From positions 90,678 through 154,677 of the forward strand of contig CAVPQW010000011.1 of the NCBI GenBank assembly GCA_963707645.1: a DNA stretch of 64,000 nucleotides, given 5' to 3'. The stretch comes from an uncultured Actinomycetes bacterium (GTDB lineage Bacteria; Actinomycetota; UBA4738; JACQTL01). How positions within the stretch are numbered: position 1 is the first letter of the stretch; every line of letters starts with the position of its first letter. Below, one piece after another: positions 41,619 through 51,627 of this stretch. The notes beneath the pieces were generated by a model, which had not been told where the DNA came from, ran no database searches, and worked only from the letters and a program-made list of their open reading frames with translations. Position numbers and translations under genes: made by a program.

Positions 41619-43865
41619 CTACTCGGAAACCGCGGTGTTGAATGCGCTTCGGAACAGATCGACGAGCAGCCCCGCGTAGGTCTTCGAGATGTGGTCGTTC
41701 TCCCGCATCGTCACCGTGTGGTGGATGACCGACGGACACAGGTCCTCGAAGCAGAACCAGCCGATCGTGTCCATGAAGGCGATGCCGTGTTCCTCCGCGA
41801 GGTCCCGGGAGTCACGGTATGCGGCGGTCTGGTCGGGCTCCAGTGCCCACGCGCACGTCCCGAGCGTCGCCCCGTCGGTGGCCAGGCAGTCTGCCGGGAA
41901 GATGTCTCCGCGGGCCGGGGGGTCCCCGATCAGGACGACGTGGTCCGCGGAGGGCTTGACCGCCGTGATCAGCGCATCCAGCCCGGCGGTCGTCTGGCGC
42001 ATCAGCTGCGGGCTCGTGTAGCGCAGCTCTCCCCCGATGAGCACGACCTCCGGGTGGATGGCCTGCACCTGCTGCTCCGCCCAGTGAACGAAGTCCTGGC
42101 ACTCGCCCCCGGCGATCAAGGCCGGCGGCCAGCACCCCAGGTGCCACAAGGGGACGAGTCTCCATCCGTCCTTCCGGGCCATCGACATGATGTCGGGGAG
42201 CCACTGGAAGGCATGCGAGTCGCCGATGAGGACGATCGTCCCCTTGTCGCCGCCGGCGAACATCGTGCACTGCTCCAGCCAGGTGGGATCGTCGCGCATG
42301 TCCCAGCAAGCCGGGATGCTGCCGGCATCGAGATGGTCGGAGGCGAGCTCGTCCAGCGGCGGGCTGAGTCGTGTTGGGATGGGCGCCCGCTGACGGGCCA
42401 ACTGCGCGGCCTCGACGACGTCCGGGATGACGCTCGGAGCCGGATCGGAGTCCGACGTCCCCGTTCCCGTCGGCTGGGGTGATGATGGGTCCGTCGTGGG
42501 CACGGCGATCTTCTGGTCCTTGTGGCCCGGCACCTCCTCCGCGGCAATGACTCGAAGGCCGACCGCGGCCACCACGACGACGAGGCCGACCGACGTGCCC
42601 CACAGAACGGCGCTGGTGCGCAGGGGCCTGGTGAGGGGGGCCCGCCGTATCGGGTTCTCCACCCATCGGTAGCTCGCCATCGAAACCAGGAACGCCGCTG
42701 CCATCAGGGCCAGGGCCGTGCCGACGGACAGCGGCGTGCCCAGCGGCGGCACATGGCCGAGCGCGACGGCGCCGATGATCAGGAACGGCCAGTGCCACAG
42801 GTAGAACGCGTACGACCGGTCGCCCACGTAGCGGAGCGGGCCCCGGCCCAGCAGTCCACCCGGTGCGCCCCGCGAGCGATCGTCGCCGATGCCGGCGGCG
42901 ATGACGGCGGCGGCGCCGAGTGTCGGCAGGAGCGCGGCGTATCCGGGCATCGGGGTCGCGTCGGAGAACGCCACGGCCGCGAGGGCGATGGCCGCGATCC
43001 CCACCCATCCCAGTGCCGCGCGCGTCCACCCGGGAAGGTGCGTGAACTGCGCTGCCCCGATGGCGAGCGCCGCGCCCAGCGCCAGCTCCCACACGCGCGT
43101 GAACGTCGAGAAGTACGCGGGGGCGGGGGACCTGGGCGTGTCGTACACCGACCAGGCCAGGGAGCCGAGGCCGATCAGGGCGATGGCGATCCCCAGGCGG
43201 AGCCTGGGGATCTCCGGCGCGACCCCGTCCGGTGCCGGGCCTCGCGCGCGGCGCGAGGCCCGGCGGTGCAGCCCCACCCCCGCGAGCACGACCGCGATCA
43301 GCAGCGGCCACACGAGGTAGAACTGTTCCTCGACCGCCAGTGACCAGAAGTGCTGGACCGGCGAGGGCTGCCCGATCCGGTCGAAGTAGTTCGCCCCCTG
43401 GTGGGCGAAGGCGATGTTGGCCGAGAACACGGCGGCCCACAGGCTGTCGACCACCGCCTCCTTGGCCCGGACGAACGTCATCCAGTAGAGGGCGGCGAAG
43501 TCGATGACGACGAGTGCGAGCGCGGCGGCGGGGAGGATCCGCTTGGCGCGCCGGGCGTAGAACTCACGAAGCGAGACGTGCCCCCGCCGCTCCGCCCCCG
43601 CGATCAGCAGCCCGGTGATGAGGAACCCCGACAGCACGAAGAACACGTCGACGCCGATGTAGCCCCCGTGCAGGAACCCCACGCCGGCGTGCCCGAGCAC
43701 AACGAGGAGGACGGCGATCGCCCGCAGGCCCTGGATGTCGTCCCGGTGCCGCAGCTGATCGGCGCCGCGGCCCATCGGCGCCCCCGAGGGAGGGGACGCG
43801 GAGCTGCGATCGGGCTCGGCGGTCCGGGAGCCGGATGCGATGGTCGGGGAACGGTCTCTGCTCAT
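41619..43865 (-). CDS. Acyltransferase-3 fused to SGNH domain (OafA/OatA-like O-acetyltransferase)
   Basis: DIQGLRAIAV, GVDVFFVLSGFLIT, HFWSLAVEEQFY, YLWHWP; GDSHA and DHIS in the SGNH part. Confidence 0.9.
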   Translation of the reverse strand: MSRDRSPTIASGSRTAEPDRSSASPPSGAPMGRGADQLRHRDDIQGLRAIAVLLVVLGHAGVGFLHGGYIGVDVFFVLSGFLITGLLIAGAERRGHVSLREFYARRAKRILPAAALALVVIDFAALYWMTFVRAKEAVVDSLWAAVFSANIAFAHQGANYFDRIGQPSPVQHFWSLAVEEQFYLVWPLLIAVVLAGVGLHRRASRRARGPAPDGVAPEIPRLRLGIAIALIGLGSLAWSVYDTPRSPAPAYFSTFTRVWELALGAALAIGAAQFTHLPGWTRAALGWVGIAAIALAAVAFSDATPMPGYAALLPTLGAAAVIAAGIGDDRSRGAPGGLLGRGPLRYVGDRSYAFYLWHWPFLIIGAVALGHVPPLGTPLSVGTALALMAAAFLVSMASYRWVENPIRRAPLTRPLRTSAVLWGTSVGLVVVVAAVGLRVIAAEEVPGHKDQKIAVPTTDPSSPQPTGTGTSDSDPAPSVIPDVVEAAQLARQRAPIPTRLSPPLDELASDHLDAGSIPACWDMRDDPTWLEQCTMFAGGDKGTIVLIGDSHAFQWLPDIMSMARKDGWRLVPLWHLGCWPPALIAGGECQDFVHWAEQQVQAIHPEVVLIGGELRYTSPQLMRQTTAGLDALITAVKPSADHVVLIGDPPARGDIFPADCLATDGATLGTCAWALEPDQTAAYRDSRDLAEEHGIAFMDTIGWFCFEDLCPSVIHHTVTMRENDHISKTYAGLLVDLFRSAFNTAVSE

Positions 43866-44114
43866 GGGTGTGGTGCTTCGCTCCGTCCTTTGCGGGCATG
43901 CGTCGCTCCCCGATTCAAGGAGCGATCGGACCCATATCCTGCGGCCGCGTCCCGGACTCGGCAAGGCCCTTCGCCCCCGGCGTCCGCGGTGGGGCCCCCG
44001 GAGGGGTTCGTCCGACATCCCGGCAGGGGGGGCCACGGGGCCGTCGACGCCTCCACCCCGGGCACTCGCTCAGGTCGCTTGCCGGGGGTCATCGGGCGGG
44101 GTACCGTCCGCGGC

Positions 44115-44744
44115 ATGGCATTCCCCAAGCGACTCCTGACGACCGACGAGGAGCTGATCCTCGACCTCCGGCCTCACTGGATCGCCCTGGTGGGCCCCAT
44201 CGTGGTGGCCGTGCTGGTGTTCGCCGTCGGCGGGTGGCTGATCGCGATACGGCCGGACGGGGTTCTGGGCACCGTGATGCTCATCGCGGTCCTCGCCGTC
44301 GGGCTGTTCATCCTGTTCTTCTACTGCGTGCGAACGCTCGTCCGGTGGGGGACCTCGCACTTCGTCGTCACCAACGAGCGCGTCATCCACCGCACGGGCC
44401 TGATCTCCAAGACGTCGATGGAGATCCCGCTCGACCGCCTGCAGAACGTGCGGTTCCACCAGGGCATCTTCGAGCGGATGATCGGAGCGGGCGACCTGCT
44501 GCTCGAGTCCGCCGGCGAGCGCGGCGACAACCGGTTCAGCGACATCCGCAACCCCGAGCACGTCCAGAAGGTGATCTACGAGCACGCCGAGGCCTTCACC
44601 ATGCGGAGGCAGGGAGGCGTCCGCCAGGAGGCCTCGCCGTCCATGACCCAGGAGCTGCAGCGACTGGCGGACCTCCGCGACCGTGGCGCGATCACGGAGG
44701 AGGAGTTCCAGGCGCAGAAGGCACGGCTGCTCGGAGGGAGCTAG
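44115..44744 (+). CDS. Bacterial PH-domain membrane protein with C-terminal SHOCT
   Basis: RPHW, two TM, FVVTNERVIHRTG; LADLRDRGAITEEEFQAQKARLL. Confidence 0.85.
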   Translation: MAFPKRLLTTDEELILDLRPHWIALVGPIVVAVLVFAVGGWLIAIRPDGVLGTVMLIAVLAVGLFILFFYCVRTLVRWGTSHFVVTNERVIHRTGLISKTSMEIPLDRLQNVRFHQGIFERMIGAGDLLLESAGERGDNRFSDIRNPEHVQKVIYEHAEAFTMRRQGGVRQEASPSMTQELQRLADLRDRGAITEEEFQAQKARLLGGS

Positions 44745-44747
44745 CGC

Positions 44748-45409
44748 GTGCCCGAAGAGGGCGCCATCGGACACCGCCGTCTCCCCCCCGACGACCCGCC
44801 GATGCGGTTCACCCTGCGCAACGGCGCCGGGCGTGATCGTCCGGCCGATCCTGCCCCAGGACAAGGAACGGCTCGTCCAGGCGTTCGCAATGCTGTCGGA
44901 GACAGTCGCGGTACCGGCGGTTCGGCACGGCAGTGCAGCGCCTCACCGACGAACAGCTCCGGTACCTCACCGAGATCGACTACGACGACCACATGGCGTG
45001 GGTCGCCCTCGACCCGGACGCCGAAGGGGAGCCCGGGCTCGGCGTCGCCCGGTACGTCCGGCTTCCCGACGAGCCCGAGGTGGCCGAGGCCGCGGTGACG
45101 GTCGTCGACTCGCACCAGGTCCTCGGCCTCGGCACGATCCTGCTCGGCGTCCTCGGGCTGTCGGCGGTGGCCCACGGCATCCGGACGTTCCGGGCCTACG
45201 TCCTCGAGGAGAACCAGGCCGTCCAGGAGCTGTTCGCCGGGCTCGGGGCGACCATGCACCACGACGGGCCAATGATCATGGTCGACGTCCCCCTGCCGGA
45301 GGACCCGGCCGATCTCCCCGATACGCCGACCGGCCGGGTCTTTCGGGCCGTCGCCGCCCACATGCTCCCGCCGCTCGACGCGAGGTATCCGGGCATCGGG
45401 CTCCCCTGA
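44748..45409 (+). CDS. GNAT acetyltransferase, Pat-type domain (frameshifted 5' part)
   Basis: Reconstructed VRPILPQDKERL...SRYRRF...YLTEIDYDDH...ARYVR...AEAAVTVVD...QVLGLG. Confidence 0.8.
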
Positions 45410-45610
45410 ACGGCCCATTTCCGCTGGTCACACGTTTCGGGAACAGCGAATGCGGGAATCGATCCGCCACGCGGAACGGCCCAGGCCGATCCAGCGACAC
45501 ACAAATGCTGCGCGTTTCGTGACGGTCCGGAGTGCGGGGGACCGGGGCGGTCGCGCCGAGGGGGATCGACAGCTTCTCGCCCAGCCCGCATGTGGGAGGT
45601 GCGCCTCACC

Positions 45611-46882
45611 ATGTCCGATCACGCAACCCGCCGCCGGGGAGTCCGGCGCGTCGCGCCGGCGGTCCTCGGCCTGCTGCTCGCTCTGTCGCTGCCGGCGGCG
45701 GACGCCGTGGCGGGCGGCGCCGGCCCCGTCACGCGGACGGTCTACCGCGGGTCCGCCTGGGGAACGATGCTCCAGCAGCACCAGGGCGTCGAGTCCGGCC
45801 ACAGCGCTCCGGCGACCCTGTCCTGTCTCACCAAGCCCGGCCAGGCCTACCGCAACTCCGTCGCTTCGATCCGGGCTCCGCAGAACGTGTTCCACACGGG
45901 CCTCATCGTGGACAAGGCCGAATCGCTGCCGATCCGGGACGGCGCCGAGACCGCGCAGTCGACGTCGGTCATCCACGACGTGTCGATGATCCAGGGTGTC
46001 ATCCACGCGCAGGTCATCAAGGGCGTCACGGCGACCAGCCGGAAGAATGGCACCTACCGCTTCAGCACCGCGGGCTCCCAGTTCGGCCAGCTCACCATCA
46101 ACGGGCAGGTGTTCGCCCAACCCGCTGAGAACCAGGTCGTCGAGCTGCCCGGCCTGGGCAGGCTGACGTTGTTCGAGACAGGTCACGCCGTACATGACGG
46201 GATGGCGGTGTCCTACGTGAACATGCTCCGCGTCGAGATCCTGCATCCGAACGACCAGGGGATCCCGGTGGGGACGCAGATCGTCATGGGCCACGCGCTG
46301 GCGGGCATCGTCCGCTCGGCCGGTCCGCTCGGCGGGCGCGCGTGGGGGTCGCGGGTCTCGGTCGGCAACTCGCTGGAGTCCGGCCCGTCGTTCACGACGT
46401 ACCTGCCGTGCCCCGGCACGAACGGCAAGCTCATCAAGCAGAGCGGGGCGGCGACCAGCCTGCCGGCGCCGATCAAGGTCGGCAGTGTGACGAACACGGC
46501 GGTCGGCTCCGTCGGCAAGCTCGTCACGTCGGGTGAGACCACCTCGCGGATCGTCGACGTCAACCTTGGGGACGGGCAGATCACGGCCGACCTGATCAAG
46601 GCCGACGCGGCGATCCAGCGTAAGAACGGCCAGATCACGATCGACACGAGCGGCTCGCACTTCGGCAGCCTGTTCATCCAGGGCCAGGGCCAGGCGGCGG
46701 CGCCCGATCCGAACACCGTGATCGAGATCCCCGGCCTCGGGAAGGTAACCCTGTACGAGGTCACCCAGGCGAGGAACTTCGTGATCGTGCGGATGTTCCA
46801 CCTGCAGGTGCTCCAGGACAACCCGGACATCCCGATCGGAACCGACGTGGTGCTCGGGTACGCGAAGGTGTCCGTGCACTAG
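45611..46882 (+). CDS. Secreted protein with two tandem beta-rich domains (choice-of-anchor P-like)
   Basis: GGAGGT RBS; signal peptide; duplicated GS(Q/H)FGxLxIxG...N(Q/T)V(V/I)E(L/I)PGLG(R/K)xTL(F/Y)E...IPxGT. Confidence 0.75.
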   Translation: MSDHATRRRGVRRVAPAVLGLLLALSLPAADAVAGGAGPVTRTVYRGSAWGTMLQQHQGVESGHSAPATLSCLTKPGQAYRNSVASIRAPQNVFHTGLIVDKAESLPIRDGAETAQSTSVIHDVSMIQGVIHAQVIKGVTATSRKNGTYRFSTAGSQFGQLTINGQVFAQPAENQVVELPGLGRLTLFETGHAVHDGMAVSYVNMLRVEILHPNDQGIPVGTQIVMGHALAGIVRSAGPLGGRAWGSRVSVGNSLESGPSFTTYLPCPGTNGKLIKQSGAATSLPAPIKVGSVTNTAVGSVGKLVTSGETTSRIVDVNLGDGQITADLIKADAAIQRKNGQITIDTSGSHFGSLFIQGQGQAAAPDPNTVIEIPGLGKVTLYEVTQARNFVIVRMFHLQVLQDNPDIPIGTDVVLGYAKVSVH

Positions 46883-46969
46883 GCCGTCGCGAACGCCTTG
46901 TCCCATTCGAAGCGGGGGCGGGACCATGCGCGTGGTCCCGTCCCCGTTTCGCGTGCTAGAACTCGGGGC

Positions 46970-47341
46970 GTGAGCACCGAGGAATCCCTCCCGCTCGACC
47001 ACGTCTACTACTGGACCCGCGACATGGACCGGGCGGTGGCGTTCTACCGCGACGTCGTCGGCCTCCGCCTCCTCCGGCAGGAGAAAGACCAGTGGGCGGA
47101 GTTCGACGCGGGGCCGGTCCGCTTCGCCCTCCACGGCGCCGCCGGAGGGCACATGCCGCCGCCGGGCGGCGCCACGGCCGTGTTCCGCGTGGACGACCTC
47201 GACACCGCGGTGCAGTCGCTTCAGGAGAAGGGCGTCGAGTTCGGCGACCACCTCGGCGAGGTGGCCGGGTTCGCCCGGTTCCGCTCCTTCTCCGACCCCG
47301 ACGGCAACGCCGTCCAGCTCATCGAATACGTCCGCCGCTGA
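46970..47341 (+). CDS. VOC/glyoxalase family protein
   Basis: DMDRAVAFYRDVVG; FRVDDLD; FSDPDGNAVQL. Confidence 0.88.
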   Translation: MSTEESLPLDHVYYWTRDMDRAVAFYRDVVGLRLLRQEKDQWAEFDAGPVRFALHGAAGGHMPPPGGATAVFRVDDLDTAVQSLQEKGVEFGDHLGEVAGFARFRSFSDPDGNAVQLIEYVRR

Positions 47342-47378
47342 ACCCGTCGGGTGTGTCGGCGGTGCTTCGTATGCTGGC

Positions 47379-50300
47379 ATGGTGGAACGCTGCGACTGGT
47401 GCAACAATCCGCTCCCCGCCGGGGCCCGGTTCTGTCCGACGTGCGGCGCGCCGGTGGCGCCCCTCGGCGTCGACACCGGCGAGCTGCCACTCGCCACGGA
47501 CGGCGCCGGGGCCATCACCGAGCGCAAGGTCGTCACGGTGCTGTTCGCCGACGTGGTCCGGTCGACCGAGCTCGCGGCGATGCTCGACCCGGAACGGTTC
47601 TCCGAGGTCATGGCGGCGTTCTTCCAGATGGTCGAACGCGAGCTCACGTCGCTCCGGGGGCGCGCGGAGAAGTTCATCGGCGACGCGGTGCTGGCGGTGT
47701 TCGGCGTGCCGCACGCGCACGAGGACGACGCGCTGCGCGCCGTCCGCGCCGCGCTGATCATCCGGGACCGCACCCAGCGGCTGGGGGAACGCCTCGACCT
47801 CCCGGTTCCGTTGCGGGTCCGGGTGGGCATCAATTCCGGGCCGGTCGCGGCCGGGCCCGAGGCGACGGGCTGGTCGGGCGCCTCGATCCGTCCGCTCATC
47901 TCCGGCTCGACGGTGAACCTCGCCGCGCGGCTGCAGCAGGCGGCCGAGCCGGGCGAGGTCCTGGTGGGGGAGACCACCCATCAGCTGGTCCGCCACGCGG
48001 TGATGTTCGACGAGGAACGCGACGTCGCCGCGAAGGGGTTCGGCGGGCACGTCCACGGGTGGCCGGTGACGGGGCTCGCGCCGCGCTCCCACCGCCGGAC
48101 GATCCCGCTCGTCGGCCGCCGGGCCGAGCTGGGACTGCTGGAGCAGACCTTCGACCGGGTCCGTGAGACCGGCCACTCGGCGCTCGCCACCGTGCTCGGC
48201 GAGGCCGGGGTCGGCAAGTCGCGGCTGGTCGACGAGTTCCTCGTGGAGCTCCCCTCGAAGGTCAGGGTTCTCGTGGGGCGCTCGAGCGAGTTCGAGGAGG
48301 ACCCGACGTTCGCGCCGCTCGCCGAGATGCTCCGCCGCGAGCTCGGCCTTGACCGCGACGCTCCGGTCGAGGAGTTTCGCGAGACGCTCGAGAAGGTCGT
48401 CGCCGGGTGCTGCGACGTGACCGAGGTCGAACAGGTGTCGGCCCAGCTCGGGCTCGCGCTCGGCCTGACGGAGCCGGCGCGCGAGGGCCGGCGGTTCCGG
48501 GCAGCGGAGCTCCGCGCGGGGTTCCTCGCGTTCCTGACCGGCCTGACCCGGCAGGGCCCGGTGGTGATGGTGTTCGAGGACCTCCATGCGGCACGGCCGG
48601 CCCTGCTCGACGTGCTCGACCAGCTGCTCGAGGGCGCGCGCGATCTGCCGGTGATGGTGGCGGGGGTCGCTCGGGACGAGCTGCTCGAGAAGCGGCCGGG
48701 GTGGGGGTCGCACCCCGATTCGACGTCGCTCCGGCTGGAACCGCTGCCGCACGACGAAGCAGTGGAGCTGGCTCGTGTCGCGGCCGAGTCGATCGACGAC
48801 GTCACCGCGGCCCGCATCGCGTCGAACACGGGCGGCAACCCGTTCTTCATCGTGGAGACGACCGGGATGATGCTCGACGAGCACGCCGAACACCTGCACG
48901 GCGCGCCGCACAGCCACCTGCTGCCGCCGACGGTGCAGGCCGTGGTGGCGTCGCGCATCGACCACCTGCCCGACGACGCGCGCGACCTCATCCGCAAGGC
49001 CTCGGCGTTCTCGATGGCGTCGTTCTCGCTGGAGGATCTGCCGCTCGTCGTCGACGAGATGCCGGCCCCGGGCGTGCTGAAGGCGCTCGAGGACGCGGAG
49101 CTGCTCGTCCGCGACCAGGACCGGCCGGACGAGTGGCGGTTCCGGCACGAGATGCTCCGCGACGTGGCGTACGAGAGCCTGCCGAAGCGGGAGCGGATGC
49201 GCCTGCACGAGCGGATCGTCGACCGGATGCGCGAGCAGGGGATCATCGAACGCCACCCGCAAGGGGTCGCCTGGCATCTCGAGCAGGCCGCGCTGGCCGC
49301 GCTCGATCTCAACCCGCACGACCGGGCCATGGCCGATCGCGCCGTCGACGCGCTGCAGCATGCCGGCGACGTCGCGCGGTGGCGCATCGAGTCGCGGACG
49401 GCGATCGGCCTGTACGACCGGGCCCTCGCCCTGGCCGGGCCCGAGGAGGGGTGGGGGGTCCGGGAGTCGCGCATTCTGTCCACCCGCGGCGAGTCGCTGT
49501 ACTGGCTGGGCCGCTTCGAGGACGCCGCCGGCTCGCTCGCGCGGGCCCTCGACGTCTCGCCCGACGACGCGTGGACGGTCGCGCACGCGTCGCGGTTCCT
49601 CGGGGACATCGAGCTGAACGTCCGGGCCCGGCCCGACGTCGCGTCGGAGCTGTTCGACCGGGCCCTGGCGGCGTCGGCCGAGCTCGACGACCCGTGGGCG
49701 GAGGCCCGCGCGCTGCTCATGGCCGCCTGGGTGCCGTACTGGCGCGGCGAGTGGGAGCGCGCGGAGTCGATGTTCGAACGGGCCCTCGAGATCACCCGGT
49801 CGAACCCCGAGGGCGACCGGTGGGCCGAGGCCCGGGCGCTCACGTCGCTCGTCTCGGTGAAGTCGGCGTACGCGCCGGAGCAGGAGTGCCTCGAGCTGGC
49901 GAAGCGGGCCTACGAGCTGGGCCGGGCCATGCGCGACCCGTTCACCACGGCCGTGGCGCAGCAGTCCATGGGCGGTTCGTATCGGCGGATGCTCGAGCTC
50001 GACGAGGCGTTCCGGTACCTCGAACGCGCCACGCGGAAGTTCCACGACCTCGGCGCGCGATGGGAGGAGGCGTCGTCGCTCGGCGACCTCGGCAACATCC
50101 GCCGGCTGCAGGGCGATCTCGAGGGGGCCGAACGCGACCTCCGCGAGACGATCCGCCTGTCCCGCGAGCTCGGCGAGCGGAGTCTCATCACCTGGACGAT
50201 CGACCGGCTGGTGCTCGTGCTCGTGATGCAGCGCGAGCACGTGAAGGCCAGGGCTCTGGTGAGCGAGACGTTCGCGTCGATCGACCCCGAGGACCCGTCG

Positions 50301-50585
50301 TTCCGGGAGGCGTTCCTCATGTCCGAGGCGTTGGTGCACCTCGCCGAGGGCAACCGGGAGACCGCCCGCGAGCGCGCCGTCGAGCTGCTGGAACACCACC
50401 GCAGCGGGGGCAGGAGGAACGAGCTCGCCACGACCACCTGGTGGGTCGGCCGCCTGTTCGGTCCCGATGCGGTCGGCGGCGAGGAGGCCCTGGAACAGGC
50501 CCGTCAGATCCTCGAGGAGGTCGGCTGGATGCAGTTCATCGCAGAACCCGATTTGCTCCTCGAGGCGCTCGCCGAAGCGGCCTGA
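47379..50585 (+). CDS. Zinc ribbon + class III adenylate/guanylate cyclase + STAND ATPase + TPR
   Basis: CDWC/CPTC; VLFADVVRST; EKFIGDAV; VNLAARLQ; GEAGVGKS; VFEDLH; GGNPFF. Confidence 0.9.
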   Translation: MVERCDWCNNPLPAGARFCPTCGAPVAPLGVDTGELPLATDGAGAITERKVVTVLFADVVRSTELAAMLDPERFSEVMAAFFQMVERELTSLRGRAEKFIGDAVLAVFGVPHAHEDDALRAVRAALIIRDRTQRLGERLDLPVPLRVRVGINSGPVAAGPEATGWSGASIRPLISGSTVNLAARLQQAAEPGEVLVGETTHQLVRHAVMFDEERDVAAKGFGGHVHGWPVTGLAPRSHRRTIPLVGRRAELGLLEQTFDRVRETGHSALATVLGEAGVGKSRLVDEFLVELPSKVRVLVGRSSEFEEDPTFAPLAEMLRRELGLDRDAPVEEFRETLEKVVAGCCDVTEVEQVSAQLGLALGLTEPAREGRRFRAAELRAGFLAFLTGLTRQGPVVMVFEDLHAARPALLDVLDQLLEGARDLPVMVAGVARDELLEKRPGWGSHPDSTSLRLEPLPHDEAVELARVAAESIDDVTAARIASNTGGNPFFIVETTGMMLDEHAEHLHGAPHSHLLPPTVQAVVASRIDHLPDDARDLIRKASAFSMASFSLEDLPLVVDEMPAPGVLKALEDAELLVRDQDRPDEWRFRHEMLRDVAYESLPKRERMRLHERIVDRMREQGIIERHPQGVAWHLEQAALAALDLNPHDRAMADRAVDALQHAGDVARWRIESRTAIGLYDRALALAGPEEGWGVRESRILSTRGESLYWLGRFEDAAGSLARALDVSPDDAWTVAHASRFLGDIELNVRARPDVASELFDRALAASAELDDPWAEARALLMAAWVPYWRGEWERAESMFERALEITRSNPEGDRWAEARALTSLVSVKSAYAPEQECLELAKRAYELGRAMRDPFTTAVAQQSMGGSYRRMLELDEAFRYLERATRKFHDLGARWEEASSLGDLGNIRRLQGDLEGAERDLRETIRLSRELGERSLITWTIDRLVLVLVMQREHVKARALVSETFASIDPEDPSFREAFLMSEALVHLAEGNRETARERAVELLEHHRSGGRRNELATTTWWVGRLFGPDAVGGEEALEQARQILEEVGWMQFIAEPDLLLEALAEAA

Positions 50586-50623
50586 CGGGGCGCTGCCGGT
50601 TCCGAAGCCTCCGAAGGCCGGAT

Positions 50624-51127
50624 TCAGGGCGTGAGTGGCTTCTCGAACCTGATCGCGCGGCGGGCGTAGCCGAGCGATTCGTAGAACGGAACCGACAGCG
50701 GACTCCCGGCCCAGGTGTCCAGCAGCACCACCGCCGCACCCTTGCGGCGAGCCCAGTCCTCGGTCGCTGCCATGAGCGCCCGGCCGGCGCCTGTGCGGCG
50801 GTACGCCGCCGCAACGGCGAGCGCGTCGACGAAGACCCGGCGCTGCCCGAGGTTCCTCACCGATTGCCACCCGGCCGAGTCGATCGGCTCCAGCGTCCGT
50901 GCCTCGAGGTGCCCAACGACCTCCCCGTCCACCTCCGCCACCAGCGCGAGGGCGCCATCGCGCGGCTCCGAGGAGAGGTCGGCGTCGATCCGCTCGACGT
51001 ATCCCTCCTCGTCCGGCATCCGGAACAGGTCGGGCGCCTGATCCACGTACGTGGCCGCGCCGTCACGGTGGCAGCGGGCGATGCCGGCGCCGTCTCCCGG
51101 TCGGGCCGGGCGGACGACGATCTCCAC
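50624..51127 (-). CDS. GNAT N-acetyltransferase
   Basis: VRPARPGD; LAVAAAYRRTGAGRALM; FYESLGY. Confidence 0.8.
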   Translation of the reverse strand: MEIVVRPARPGDGAGIARCHRDGAATYVDQAPDLFRMPDEEGYVERIDADLSSEPRDGALALVAEVDGEVVGHLEARTLEPIDSAGWQSVRNLGQRRVFVDALAVAAAYRRTGAGRALMAATEDWARRKGAAVVLLDTWAGSPLSVPFYESLGYARRAIRFEKPLTP

Positions 51128-51132
51128 GGCCG

Positions 51133-51576
51133 CTACGGGCCCTCGACCTTCTCCCGGTCGTGCACGTGGAACAGGTCCCAGTGGGTGTGGCCCATGCAGG
51201 TGTCCGACACGAAGGTCATCCCGGCCTCCTCCGCGATGCGCTGGGCTTCGTCGGAATGGATGCCCTCCTGGAGCCACAGGACCTTGGCGCCGATCTTCGC
51301 CGCCTGCCGCGCGATCTCCGGCGTCTCCTCGGCCGGCCGGAACACGTCCACGACGTCCACCGGCTCGTCGATCTCCTCGAGCGACGCCCGCACCTGCTCG
51401 CCGAACATCTCGCCGCCCTTCGGGTTCACCGGGATGATCCGGTATCCCTCCCGCCGGAGGTAGGCCGGGATGCCGTGCGCGGCCTTGCTCGGGTTGTCCG
51501 ACGCGCCGACCACGGCGATCGTCTTGACCTCGCCGTAGATCTTCCGGTACTCGTCCTCGCTCAGGTGCTTGCCCAT
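51133..51576 (-). CDS. CoA-binding protein (YccU-like)
   Basis: TIAVVGASDNPSK; IIPVNP; VDVVDVFR; WLQEG. Confidence 0.88.
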   Translation of the reverse strand: MGKHLSEDEYRKIYGEVKTIAVVGASDNPSKAAHGIPAYLRREGYRIIPVNPKGGEMFGEQVRASLEEIDEPVDVVDVFRPAEETPEIARQAAKIGAKVLWLQEGIHSDEAQRIAEEAGMTFVSDTCMGHTHWDLFHVHDREKVEGP

Positions 51577-51627
51577 CGTCCGTCCCTCCCTCGATGCACT
51601 CCATGTCCCACCGATGCCGGCCAAGCC

